From contig NIVC01000168.1 in NCBI GenBank assembly GCA_002269645.1, positions 310,001 through 374,000 on the forward strand: 64,000 nucleotides of DNA. The letters run 5' to 3'. Below are positions 1 to 12,105 of this stretch, one piece after another. Each line of letters starts with the position of its first letter. The stretch's first letter is position 1. The notes beneath the pieces are model-generated. The model worked only from the letters and a program-made list of their open reading frames with translations. It did no database searches and was not told the DNA's origin. Origin of the DNA: Macrostomum lignano. Taxonomy: Eukaryota. A program made the position numbers and the translations under genes.

Positions 1-49
1 TAGATGTATAAATAAAGATAAGGAGAATAAATAGAAAAATAAAAATGAT

Positions 50-210
50 GAAATGAGATATCTATAGAGATGGTGAGATTAGATATCCGTAGAAAATAGA
101 GATGGAGAGATTAAATGTCTATAGAGATGGTGAGATTAGATATCCGTAGAGAATAGAGATGGAGAGATTTAGACGTCTATAGAGATGGTGAGATTAGATA
201 TCTGTAGAGA
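50..210. repeat. ~57-bp tandem repeat, about 3 copies
   Basis: The unit tctatagagatggtgagattagatatccgtagagaatagagatggagagatt... recurs at about 60, 118 and 177. Confidence 0.8.
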
Positions 211-350
211 TGATAATAATATATATCATTATAAGAGATAGGCAAGATTATATACACGCTAAATTCATAAATCTCTCGATTGAGAGATTATAAGAATAGA
301 AAGCAAACATAAAAATTCACAAAAGTACATAAAGAATCTATGAATACAAG

Positions 351-1724
351 ATCGTACTCCCCAATCCGCAGCCTACGACCTGGACTACCTGCGCTGTCAC
401 GTGGCCTATGGCTTCGCCCAGCCCTTTACCCTGATTCCGCACATGCTGTCCCGGCTGGCTCTGAACCGGGCAGTTGGTGTCTGCTTCTTTTTAAGCCTCT
501 ATCTGTTCCTGCTGCTGGCGCAGTCACTGCTGTTCGTGGCCTCTGCGGATACCATTGTAGACTATATGCGGTCCAGGTATCGGTCGGTTGAGCAGAGAAA
601 AGTTCGAACCTACCGACTCATGACCGGACTCACCTGTCCTGTTCTGTTTGCTTTGAGTTTTCCGTTTATAATTAAATCTGGATTCTGGTGGCTGCGGCTG
701 ATGGACGTCTTTATGGACAGGTTCATGCTGCTGATTGCGGCTGGCGCTGGGGTGGCCTTCTTTATGGCCTACTATCGGACTAAGGCGGCTTCTCTGGTGC
801 CCAGACTCCTGTGCCTCATCTCGTTGGGCCTCTCCGTGGTACTGTTTGTGGCTATCTATTGCTGGTAAGACTTCCCTCCTGCTAGTGAAATAAAGCCGAT
901 ATGTATCGAAAACTAATTAAAGCTGGAGAAAAAAAGCCGATATGTATAGAAATAATTCTACTCTAATCCTACTCTACTCTAATTTAAAAAATACAGTATA
1001 ATTTAGGAAATCCCAGTCTAATTTAGGAAATCCCAGTCTAATTTAGGAAATCCCAGTCTAATTTAGGAAATCCCAGTCTAATTTAGGAAATCCCAGTCTA
1101 ATTTAGGAAATCCCAGTCTAATTTAGGAAATCCCAGTCTAATTTAGGAAATCCCAGCCTAATTTAGGAAATCCCAGCCTAATTTAGGAAATCCCAGCCTA
1201 ATTTAGGAAATCCCAGCCTAATTTAGGAAATCCCAGCCTAATTTAGGAAATCCCAGCTTAATTTAGGAAATTGACTTAGCCAGTGACGCCTGCAATGATT
1301 TCACTAATCCATTCCCAGGTACTGCGCCTCCATCAATAATCCCCCGTCGATATCCGGCTGTCACTACGAGACGCCCGAACGTAGCGTCACTCCAATTCCA
1401 ACTGCCTTCAACGCTATTGGCTGGCTAGTTGCTATCGGGCCTCCAGCTCTCGGGTTCTTTGTCGGCCTGCTCGTCATGCTATGCAGTGGCGAAAGCTCCA
1501 GCGGCAGTAGGTGTCAACGCTTGTTTTACGGCGATTTCCTGCCGGAAGAAGACCAGCTGGCAGAGCAGAGGAAGCGCCAGCAGCAGCAGTTGAGCAGCAC
1601 CGGGACAGGGTTTCAGTTCCAGCAGCAGCAGTACCAGCACCCGGCCCAGCACAGCTATCAGATGCAAAGCAGGTCCAACACTGCCACGCTGCAGTCCAGA
1701 CCAATGTACGGCTCTGAGATTTGA
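351..1724 (+). CDS. 3' part of a divergent SLC6/sodium:neurotransmitter-symporter-like membrane transporter (last two exons, 351-864 and 1319-1724)
   Basis: The phase-2 splice TG|gtaaga(865)...ttcccag|G(1319) joins the hydrophobic ORF 401-868 to YCASINN...PTAFNAIGWLVAIGPPALGFFVGLLVML...GSRCQRL. The helix order and the motifs (P..LSRL...FFL, ADTIVD, CPVLF..SFPFI..SG, late IGW..A) resemble SLC6 TM7-TM12 by eye. The 5' exons lie outside the window. Confidence 0.65.
1001..1271. repeat. 20-bp minisatellite in the SLC6-like intron
   Basis: (aatttaggaaatcccagtct/cct)n, about 13 copies. Confidence 0.95.
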
Positions 1725-1774
1725 TTGATTTATTATGCTCTATTGCTGGATTTTCATTTGTAAGATATACCTTT

Positions 1775-2775
1775 TGTCTATAGATTTGTAGATCAGTGCT
1801 TATAGATCATGGTTTGTAGATGTGTCTATAGACTCAATGTTTTGTAGATCAGTGTCTATAGATTCAATGGTTTGTAGATCAGTGTCTATAGATTCAATGG
1901 TTTGTAGATCAGTGTCTATAGACTCAATGGTTTGTAGATGTGTCTATAGGTTTAACGGTTTGTAGATCAGTGTCTATAGATTCGATGGTTTGTAGATCAG
2001 TGTCTATAGATTCAATGGTTTGTAGATCAGTGTCTATAGACTCAATGGTTTGTAGATGTGTCTATAGGTTTAACGGTTTGTAGATCAGTGTCTATAGATT
2101 CGATGGTTTGTAGATCAGTGTCTATAGATTCGATGGTTTGTAGATCAGTGTCTATAGACTCAATGGTTTGTAGATCAGTGTCTATAGACTCAATGGTTTG
2201 TAGATCAGTGTCTATAGATTCGATGGTTTGTAGATCAGTGTCTATAGACTCAATGGTTTGTAGATGTGTCTATAGGTTTAACGGTTTGTAGATCAGTGTC
2301 TATAGACTCAATGGTTTGTAGATCAGTGTCTATAGATTCGATGGTTTGTAGATCAGTGTCTATAGACTCAATGGTTTGTAGATCAGTGTCTATAGACTCA
2401 ATGGTTTGTAGATCAGTGTCTATAGACTCAATGGTTTGTAGATCAGTGTCTATAGATTCGATGGTTTGTAGATCAGTGTCTATAGACTCAATGGTTTGTA
2501 GATCAGTGTCTATAGATTCGATGGTTTGTAGATCAGTGTCTATAGATTCAATGTTTTGTAGATCAGTGTCTATAGACTCAATGGTTTGTAGATCAGTGTC
2601 TATAGATTCGATGGTTTGTAGATCAGTGTCTATAGACTCAATGGTTTGTAGATCAGTGTCTATAGATTCGATGGTTTGTAGATCAGTGTCTATAGATTCA
2701 ATGTTTTGTAGATCAGTGTCTATAGACTCAATGGTTTGTAGAGCAGTGTCTATAGATTCGATGGTTTGTTGATCA
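1775..2775. repeat. 27-bp minisatellite downstream of the SLC6-like gene
   Basis: (tagatcagtgtctatagactcaatggtttg-type)n. It generates the repetitive ORFs CRSVSIDSM and IDTDLQTIES. Confidence 0.95.
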
Positions 2776-3793
2776 TTATCTATATTAGACACAAATTTAG
2801 AAGTCTTAAAACTAATAATTACAACTCACAGAAATTTTGCATAAACGGCTTTGCTAAAAATGAGCTAAAGTACCTATAAGAATGAATTGTATCTAAGCAC
2901 TAAAAGTTTTATATGTTTGAATGTACAATTGTACCATAATTACTCTATTAATGTGCTATTAATATTTTGATTTCTGTAATGATTAATAGTAAATTACTTA
3001 ACATTCCCATTTTGTTATAACAGTTGTTACATTCCAGAGTAAATAATTTTTTCGTAATTGGTTTTTATTAATAATTGTATATTTACAATTTTAATGTACT
3101 TGTTATGCATTAAATCGGGTTTTTGTTTTAATATTTAGCAAGAGCATTCCAAAATCTGTCGAGGTTTTTAGCTACTTATAGTAGTACATTTTCTTGGTGT
3201 AAATCTATGTTTTAAGATTGTTTAAGACTTTTTAAATACATATAAATGTACATTTAATCAGGTACATAAACATTGTTCTTGTTTTTTATTGTGTTTAATA
3301 CTTTCTCTTTACAGTTTATTAGCATTTTATAGTTTTGATCATTTCAGCGGCAGATCTAAAAAAACTTCTAAAAATTCTTGCAATGGTCTATATTTATATG
3401 CTAATGATTACCAAATCGTTTTTTCCTTGTTCTAAAAAAAAAGTTGTAAAAACCTCTATTCCCTTCTGTTATTAAGTAGTACTCTGTGCACTTGGCTATT
3501 GAAATCAGGATTGTTTGCTGACAACTTTTTCAATTATTAATTTATACTCAGTCTAATATGCTTTGCTTGTGGTGTAACTATGAACTCTACGATGTTTAGT
3601 GCTGACCATTTTCAAGTAAGAATACACAGTACTTACCAAGTACTTTGTACAAATAATACACATGCTATATTAGCTCCTATGCGCGTTTGAGTAAAACATT
3701 GTAAATCATTCCTAATGTGTTTCATGGTTTGTTTAATTTTCTGGCTTTCTGTCTGTCTGTATCTGTCTGTTGTCTATGTGTCAACCAGTCAGT

Positions 3794-4046
3794 CAGCCGC
3801 AGCTATTGCGCGGCGCATCTGAAGGCTGCGTACGGCTGTTCAGTCCAAGGTCTGGGGGGTCGCCACACACAGCCTCAATTACCCCAGCTAATGCTGGCAC
3901 CCATTTTACAGCTGGGGTGAACTGAAGCAATGCAGAGTTAAGTGTCTTGCTTAAAGGACACAAATTGTTCCGAGTGGTGGATCGGGAATCGAACCCCCGA
4001 CCTTTCAGTCGTGAGTTCGACGCTCCAACCAGTAGGCTACAACCCC
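3794..4046 (-). mobile_element. tRNA-derived CORE-SINE, copy 1
   Basis: The reverse complement begins GGGGTTGTAGCCTACTGGTTGG...GGTTCGATTCCCG (A and B boxes). It continues gtgtcctttaagcaagacacttaactctgcattgcttcagttcaccccagctgtaaaatggg, which matches the MIR/CORE domain. Four other copies occur in the window. Confidence 0.85.
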
Positions 4047-4489
4047 TTCAATAAAAAATTTAATCTATCTTTCGGTTCAATACAAACGTAATTTAACGTA
4101 ACGAAAGAACAAAAAAGGTTTCGTTTAACTCAAAAAAATAGTTTGGATGCCCGTATATATTTCTGAATAAAATAAGACACACAACATGCACAGACAGCTG
4201 ATCAACTCAGGTTCGCATAGATTGTTTTTTACTAAATGACTAGTTTGAAATGACATTTGAATGTCAAATAAAAACATACTTCGTATACAGTTTTTCAGTG
4301 AAAGAAATCTATGCATATAAACTTCTATACGAAAATAAAACAATTTAATTTTCTGGAATAATTTTTGTATAGACAAAAAAACCTGATATTTTTATAAGTT
4401 CGTTGTATCATTCGTACATATAGACGTATGGTTAATTTAATTTTGTCAATATTGTGTTATTTTTATTGTATGTAAAAAACTATGTGATG

Positions 4490-5060
4490 TGAGGGCGCTG
4501 AGGTTATCTTAGGGCACTGAGAGAGGTTATTTTAGGGCACTGAGGGAGGATATTTTAGGGCACTGAGAGAGGATATTTTAGGGCACTGAGGGAGGTTATT
4601 TTAAAGCACTGAGGGAGGTTATTTTAGGGCACTGAGGGAGGTTATTTTAAAGCACTGAGAGAGGTTATTTTAGGGCACTGAGAGAGGTTATTTTAGGGCA
4701 CTGAGGGAGGATATTTTAGGGCACTGAGAGAGGATATTTTAGGGCACTGAGGGAGGTTATTTTAAAGCACTGAGGGAGGTTATTTTAGGGCACTGAGGGA
4801 GGTTATTTTAAAGCACTGAGGGAGATATTTTAGGGCACTAAGGGAGGATATTTTAAAGCACTGAGGGAGATATTTTAGGGCACTAAGGGAGGATATTTTA
4901 AAGCACTGAGGGAGGATATTTTAGGGCACTGATGGAAGTGATATCAGCGCACTGATGGAGTTGATATCAGAGCACTGATGGAGGTGATTTTAGGTCACTG
5001 AAAGAGGTGACGGGAGGGCACTACTAAGGTGATGCGAGGGCACTGAGGGGAGGTTAACTG
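4490..5060. repeat. 23-bp minisatellite
   Basis: (agggcactgagggaggttatttt)n, degenerating toward the right end. Confidence 0.9.
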
Positions 5061-5075
5061 AACTCAATTAATCGA

Positions 5076-7712
5076 TCAATAAGGTAGCTCTTCAGTTGCC
5101 AAATCTTTAAACTCTTTCCAACTGTGCTCCAAATGAAATGACCAACGTCTGACGTGAACCGATGTGGCCTCCACAGCTCTGCTAATCATGTTCACGTAGA
5201 GTTCCAGGTAGTTTTTAGCCGGTTCCACACTGATGCTGTGCTTCAGACCGATCAGGGCTGACCGAGTAGCCAGTCGAACTGCGAGCAGCTGCTGACGGTG
5301 CTGCTTCTGGCGCCAGGTGAGTCCGCCAGTCACTGCCAGCAGGCGTCTTCGTTGGAGTGACTGCGAGTCGAACGACTGAAACTCGTCGATATTGTTGGCA
5401 TTGGAGAAGTTGGGGACAACTGGGTCGGAGAAGTCTAGTGGTTGCCAGTTGTTGAGGTAGGGTCTGTACAGCTGGGACGGCTCAATCAGCGCTGGCACTG
5501 GATCTGGTAATGAGACAGAGTGAGCTTGATTATCTCTAGGGGGTTTAAAACTGCCGTGAGCTGCTTCTACTCAAACAATCGAATCTTTAGTAAAAAGAAT
5601 ATAAATGCTCAGCCCACTGACACCCGCTAGGGAACTAACTATTGCCGACTTTTTTATAAAAGCAGGGTTTTTTATAACAAATTGAAAACTTTACACAGGA
5701 ACAGAAGATACCCTCCAGCCAACAGGACATGCACCCTCTTCAAACTCAAAGGACATTCTCTTCAACCGACAAGACACCCTTTTCTACCGACAAGACACCC
5801 TCTTTAACCGACAAGACACCCTCTTTAACCGACAAGACACCCTCTTCAACCGACAAGATACCCTCTTCTACCGACAAGACACCCCCTCTTCAACCGACAA
5901 GACACCCTCTTCAACCGACAAGACACCCTCTTCATCGGACAAGACACTCTCTTCAACCGACAAGACACCCTCATCAACCGACAAGACACCCTCTTCTACC
6001 GACAAGACACCCCCTCTTCAACCGACAAGACACCCTCTTCAACCGACAAGACACCCTCTTCATCGGACAAGACACTCTCTTCAACCGACAAGACACCCTC
6101 TTCTACCGACAAGACACCCTTTTCTACCGACAAGACACCCTCTTTAACCGACAAGACACCCTCTTCAACCGACAAGATACCCTCTTCTACCGACAAGACA
6201 CCCCCTCTTCAACCGACAAGACACCCTCTTCAACCGACAAGACACCCTCTTCATCGGACAAGACACTCTCTTCAACCGACAAGACACCCTCATCAACCGA
6301 CAAGACACCCTCTTCATCGGACAAGACACCCCCTCTTCAACCGACAAGACACCCTCTTCAACCGACAAGACACCCTCTTCATCGGACAAGACACTCTCTT
6401 CAACCGACAAGACACCCTCTTCAACCGACAAGACACCCTTTTCTACCGACAAGACACCCTCTTTAACCGACAAGAGACCCTCTTTAACCGACAAGACACC
6501 CTCTTCAACCGAAAAGATACCCTCTTCTACCGACAAGACACCCCCTCTTCAACCGACAAGACACCCTCTTCAACCGACAAGACACCCTCTTCATCGGACA
6601 AGACACTCTCTTCAACCGACAAGACACCCTCATCAACCGACAAGACACCCTCTTCATCGGACAAGACACCCCCTCTTCAACCGACAAGACACCCTCTTCA
6701 ACCGACAAGACACCCTCTTCATCGGACAAGACACTCTCTTCAACCGACAAGACACCCTCTTCTACCGACAAGACACCCTCTTCAAACTCAAAGGATACCC
6801 TCTTCAAACTCAAAGGATACCCTCTTCAAACTCAAAGGATACCCTCTTCAAACTCAAAGGACACCCTCTTCAAACTCAAAGGATACCCTCTTCAAACTCA
6901 AAGGATACCCTCTTCAAACTCAAAGGACACCCTCTTCAAACTCAAAGGATACCCTCTTCAAACTTAAACGACACCCTCTTCAAACTCAAAGAACACTGCA
7001 CAATTAACAGAAAACGCATACCTGAATCACACAAGCAGCCATTTGGTCTATTGTTGAAGATTCTGTCAAAGCAGCATCCCGCATCAACTCCAGAACGGTC
7101 CCAACCGTTTCCGCAGTCGCGGGCGCTGTCAATTTTGTTCAGCAAAATTTCAGCACGCAGAATTTCCGGATTTATTTCGGCATCCAACGGAAACGCTTGC
7201 TCGTTGCCGTAGATGGGTTTTGACAGGCAGTGTTGTCCAGGATCTTCTGCCAGACGAATTTTGCGCAAATGTCTATCGCTGATCTCAACAAGTTGTAGAT
7301 CGGTTACTTTGACACTCGCCGAGAATTTCTCGATGCAGTCTGGCCAATCAAAATCCCGGAGCTTGCCAATGGGGCTTAAACAACTGGTGAGTTCGGGCAT
7401 GAACGGTTGCAAATAACTGCTGATTATAGACATGGTTCGTCGCACATTTTCGTGACCATCTTTAGCAGAGTCAGAAGCTTTAGAGATTTTCTCCAACAGA
7501 TACGACTGTTGCGCATCTGTCATGCCTTGAAAGCTTGAACAATTTGCCATTAACAATTTTTCAATATCTACGCAAGGTATGTGGTACACGTGCATCTGGT
7601 AGGTGAACACTAAGCCAAGAGGTTCAAACTGATGACGGACAGTGTCTAAGTCGCTTGGAGTCATCTCCGGTAGAAAATATCCATCAGTTGGGCTTGTAAC
7701 AGGCGAATCCAT
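5076..7712 (-). CDS. Two-exon gene of unknown function, ~372 aa (exons 7022-7712 and 5076-5503)
   Basis: The donor GATTCAG|gtatgc at 7021 (phase 1) matches the acceptor cattaccag|AT CCA GTG at 5503 (phase 1). The total of 1119 nt is divisible by 3. The first in-frame ATG is at 7712 (MDSPVTSP); the track's start at 7814 is a GTG preceded by an in-frame TGA. I recognise no domain. Confidence 0.7.
5750..6985. repeat. 21-bp minisatellite (a 22-bp variant block at 6780-6985) filling the intron of the orphan gene
   Basis: (caaccgacaagacaccctctt)n followed by (caaactcaaaggataccctctt)n. A higher-order repeat of about 340 bp is visible. Confidence 0.95.
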
Positions 7713-10700
7713 TGCCGACGTGGTAGTTGAGCCAACGGTAGTGTCCTTGAAGTCTTCTGTCTTGATTGAGCTACGATCGTATATAAGCACGCACTTACGA
7801 CGTTTGCGTGCCACGCCTCATATAGCCTGCAGTTTCCGTTATTCGTCAGCTAGCTGTCAACCCAGCTTCCTCGTTTCATATTCGATCGGATTCATTTGAG
7901 GAAATTCTATTCAGATGAAACGTCGAAATCTTGATTATGACTGTACAGTTCCTTTAAACGTTTATGCCAGTTAAATCTTTTGCTGAAGTACGTCAGTATA
8001 CTTACACGTCAGGATCTTCCTTATCCAGAATCTGTACAGAGAATTCGAAGGTTCCAGGATCCGCCTATAGCTACTTCTATGCTTCAATTCACTCCGTCCG
8101 GGGCTTGCAGTGCACATCCAGAATGCGGCGGCCAGTAAGTGCACCGCGTGGCTGTTTAGGATGCAAGAACTGGCTGGTTATAGCTGTGTACGTATGTAGC
8201 TGGCCATAGAGCGGCTCTGTCATTTTCTCCCTGGACCTTGCACTGAAGTGTGAAAGGGGAGAGAGGTTTCGACAGTGTACATGTACGAGTATACGTACTT
8301 TGTGGGTTTGGAGAGAAGAGAATATTAGTGAGAGAGAAAAGCGCGAGTAAGATTAGTCAGAGTTGCACTTGGCTGAGAAATTGTGAGAACTTATACTGTC
8401 CAACTGTATGTATACAACTGTAGACCTTATAGAGAGAGTACATGTACACTTGCGCACTGAATCTTTCACGAGCCTACGCGCTCGTACGTATTATAGTTTT
8501 GTGAGAGTGAGACTCAAGAGTTACTACTGGCTACTATACTACTACTTCTACTTCCGGACATCCCATAACGCGCTGGCCTAGCAGCTGGGGAGAAGGAGAG
8601 CGTCGCGGAGGCGCCCGAACCTGCGCGCAGAAGCATATTGTCCTCACAAAATACACGTCATCCAAAACTATAGCTTTTCAAAACTAGCTTCCGTTATCCA
8701 AATCTAATATATTATGCTTATAGCGTGCCTTCCATGGTCAACAATCAAGCAACAATTTGCTCTCAGCAACAGCAGATGGCCAACAAGATGTGCTCCAGCA
8801 TTTACATGTACACTGTATAGTTTACCACAGAGAAAACAATAATAGAGAGACCCGATGAATTATAAATCCGCAGACAAGCTAGGCTTTTCAGTGAGATAAT
8901 GTAACAGAGTGATACGCTACTAAACTTAGCCGGCTTATCTGATGATATTTAATTGCCACGACTTACTGAGTGAGATTCACCCTGAACATGCAGATCAGGT
9001 ACATTTGTAAAGGTACAAGAAGTATATATACTTAAGAAAATTATTTACGGTGAATTAAAAGTATAATTAATTGTATATACATGTAGCGCAAAAAACTCAT
9101 TCAGGCATTATACATGTACTCTCGTAATTAGCTTTATGCTGCGCGACCATAAAATCATAAATCAATTATTTGACTCAACCAAATCTTTGCATGCAGTACA
9201 TGCATGTAGATCAAAAACTGAGCGAACCTCATCAGTGACGGATTTAGAGGGGGCGGCTGTTCTCCCTTGTGGCTGGCGATGATGGCTCCCCTTTTCCTTT
9301 GCCCTATAAGGTCCTCCTCAATTGCAGCATGCCCATAGTTTGCTCAGTGGCTCCCTCTATATGGTATGGCGCCCCTGGCCTTCATACTGTATATTATGGA
9401 GCTCCCATTCATGGTTAAAATCCGCCCCCATTTTTTATTTCTAAACCCGACTCTGAACCTCTCACCCCCTTCCACCGTTGAAGTATCTGTGATTGAGTTA
9501 TGGCATATGTAGTCCGTATCTGACATGCGTATGACTGGTAAAATATTCTTTTGACAGGTCCAATAAATTTAGCACAATTTTTTTGTACTGAATAACGTAC
9601 AATATCTGCCAAAAGTCTTTCTTAATACTTTAAGCTACTTTGTTTGTTTTAATAGTTTCTAGCGTTGGTTGATTCCTAGGCGAATTTAACTTCGTCAAGG
9701 TTATTTAATTAAATTTATTTGTGTGTCAGTATCAAGCATTGTCGGTTAATATTTATGTATAGTTACTATTAATAAATCTACTTAAAGTATACTTAGAGTT
9801 ACCGTTTATTAAATATGTCTGCAGAATCAAACATTTAAAGAATATTTATATTTTCGTTTATCTTTGGTCTACTGGAGTGTTGAATTAAAAATAACAATAG
9901 AAAACTGGAAAATAGTGAATCGAATTGGTTATATACATCAGGATTATAATTTAGGATATAAATGTAGATATATAACTGTGGTAAAGTTGCTCGCTTAATC
10001 AATATCTATATCTATTAATAAGCTTTGATTATATATATATAAATTAATATAATAAGTATATAGAAATAAATACATGTTTTTCAGGAATATTTTTTGGATT
10101 TTGCTCCAAATTTATTGGTTGCGTTGCTTATGGTGCTCTGCTAATATACAAGTTATAGTCATACTTTATTTTATATTAAATGATTTTGACAAACATATCA
10201 ACTTTCACAGTTAAAATGCAGTACAATTAAGCTTTGTTTCCTTCGATAAATTTGTAATCTTGAGAAAGTTCTTTTGAATACACTCATACTAATTTGCTTC
10301 ATTTTTCTAAACTAACTATTTATATGATATAAAAACACAAAAAATAATTAGAACTGTTTAGTATTAGCACTTTCACTAAAACTATGAGTGACATCTTATT
10401 GTTCTGCTTTATTTGGTTGAAAAGTGGCATATATTTTATCAGACTTAGATCTTATTGCAATGATATCAATCTTCTAACTGTATATTCATACTTTGATAAA
10501 TACATGTAGTTCTGCAAGTACACATAGTAAGAATAGGCACTAGTTTTTGTTTTTATAGAAAATGCGAAAATTCACAAAAGTAAGAATTAAATGTACTCGT
10601 AATAGTTATGTACACAGTACAAGGTTACTTTTAACTAGTTAGAGATAGCGTGATAGCCTAAATTTTGCCATAATTAACGATTTGAGTAAGCTAGGCACCT

Positions 10701-12105
10701 ATGACCTTGCAATATTGCTAATAGTAGTTTAGTTTGAGTTTTAATCATTTTATAGTGGCTTAATAAGTATTAGCGTTACCGTTGTGAATTCTTTTTTTCT
10801 TTAAATTTAACTTTAAATCATGACGCAGTTTTAGATATCAACTAGAAAGCCTTAACATTTCATGGGTCAAAATTTCGTTTCCAATCTTTCTAAAAAGCAT
10901 TTTATTTCAAAATAAAAATAATATGATAAAATTCTTACCGCTTAATCCATCGTAGGCTATTACAGATGCAAAAAAATTATTGAATGCGTTTATTATGCCA
11001 GCCAGTTTGTTATTCTTGACCAAACTGACTGAGCTGGTACAAAGAGAAAATAACAAGCCTACGGCTTCTTTAGGAATTTTGCCACGCGAAGTAAATTCCC
11101 GCTTCTTCGTTCCCCCTTTCCTAAATACTTCTCCCTCTCTTCCTCTCTTTCCTCTCTTGTGCATTCTAAACAGTTTTTTATAGGAAAGCATGATCATTCA
11201 ATGCAGTAGTCGGTTTAGCTTGCAGTTGCCCTTGCGGTTGCCATGGGCAACCATCGAGAGACAAAGGCACGCGTTGTTTTGTAGGATGGGGATGCTTTAT
11301 TTTTGAGTGGGTTGGCTGCTTCCCCCTCTCCTCTCTCCATTGTTTAATTCTGTAGTGGCCTTGGCCAGCGGCAGGGGTGGCTGAAGAAGCCCGAGTGAGA
11401 GATTCCGGGGCTCAGGGATAATTTGCACAGGAGAAAAAGAGTCCAGCATCATGAACCCGCGAGAATGCACGCACCCCCCAACAGGTACAGTGTGACTTCT
11501 AATTTCACTCTATTAAGCCTCGCTCCAGAGATAGAGCTTAAGAGACTGGGATCGGGATGGGGTAGGAAATTTTGGAAAGAAACACGCTGGGAGTCAGGGC
11601 TCGATAATGGCGCGCTGTCTGCAGAAAATGTGGTTGCATGGGTTGATCGCGTGGCTGTTCTGTCTTCTTCCCTATCTCTCTATCCTTGCCTTTGAGTTCT
11701 GCAAATGCTGAGCTGTGCCTACGTGCAACTCAAGTACGCGATTGAGTATTCAGCATTGCTGAGATGGGGGCGGCCTGCCATAACTATCTGGGGTATAAAT
11801 TTCAGATAGTTCTGGACTTGCAAAGCTACATACACCTAAGCTGCGTAGGTTATATCAGGTTTATCAAGTCGACTATTTAAAATCCAACTCAATTAGCAAC
11901 AGCATGCTAAAGAAACGCCTCGCTGGCAAGGAAATGTTTAAAAACATGTAAGCTGCCCACAAAAAGTCTGTCTGCTTTGTTCAACTTTCTTTTTCAATTC
12001 TAAAATCTGTTATTGATATTTTAGAGCGTTTTTTTAGCCGGGAAGCAAATGAACTTCGGTTCACTTTAATATCTTTTATATGCTATAAAATAGCGCTAAA
12101 ATACA

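Noticed and set aside
2058-2792. Repetitive ORFs (CRSVSIDSM, IDTDLQTIES) and similar ones at 5729-6813, 18516-19340, 39571-40129, 53002-53762, 56023-57373 and 62049-62285
   Set aside because: These are translations of tandem or microsatellite DNA, with no splice or homology support.
9232-9432. MITE with CAGTGACGGATTTAG / TAAAATCCGCCCC ends
   Set aside because: The right terminus is degenerate and I found no TSD. It is probably an old remnant that I cannot delimit.
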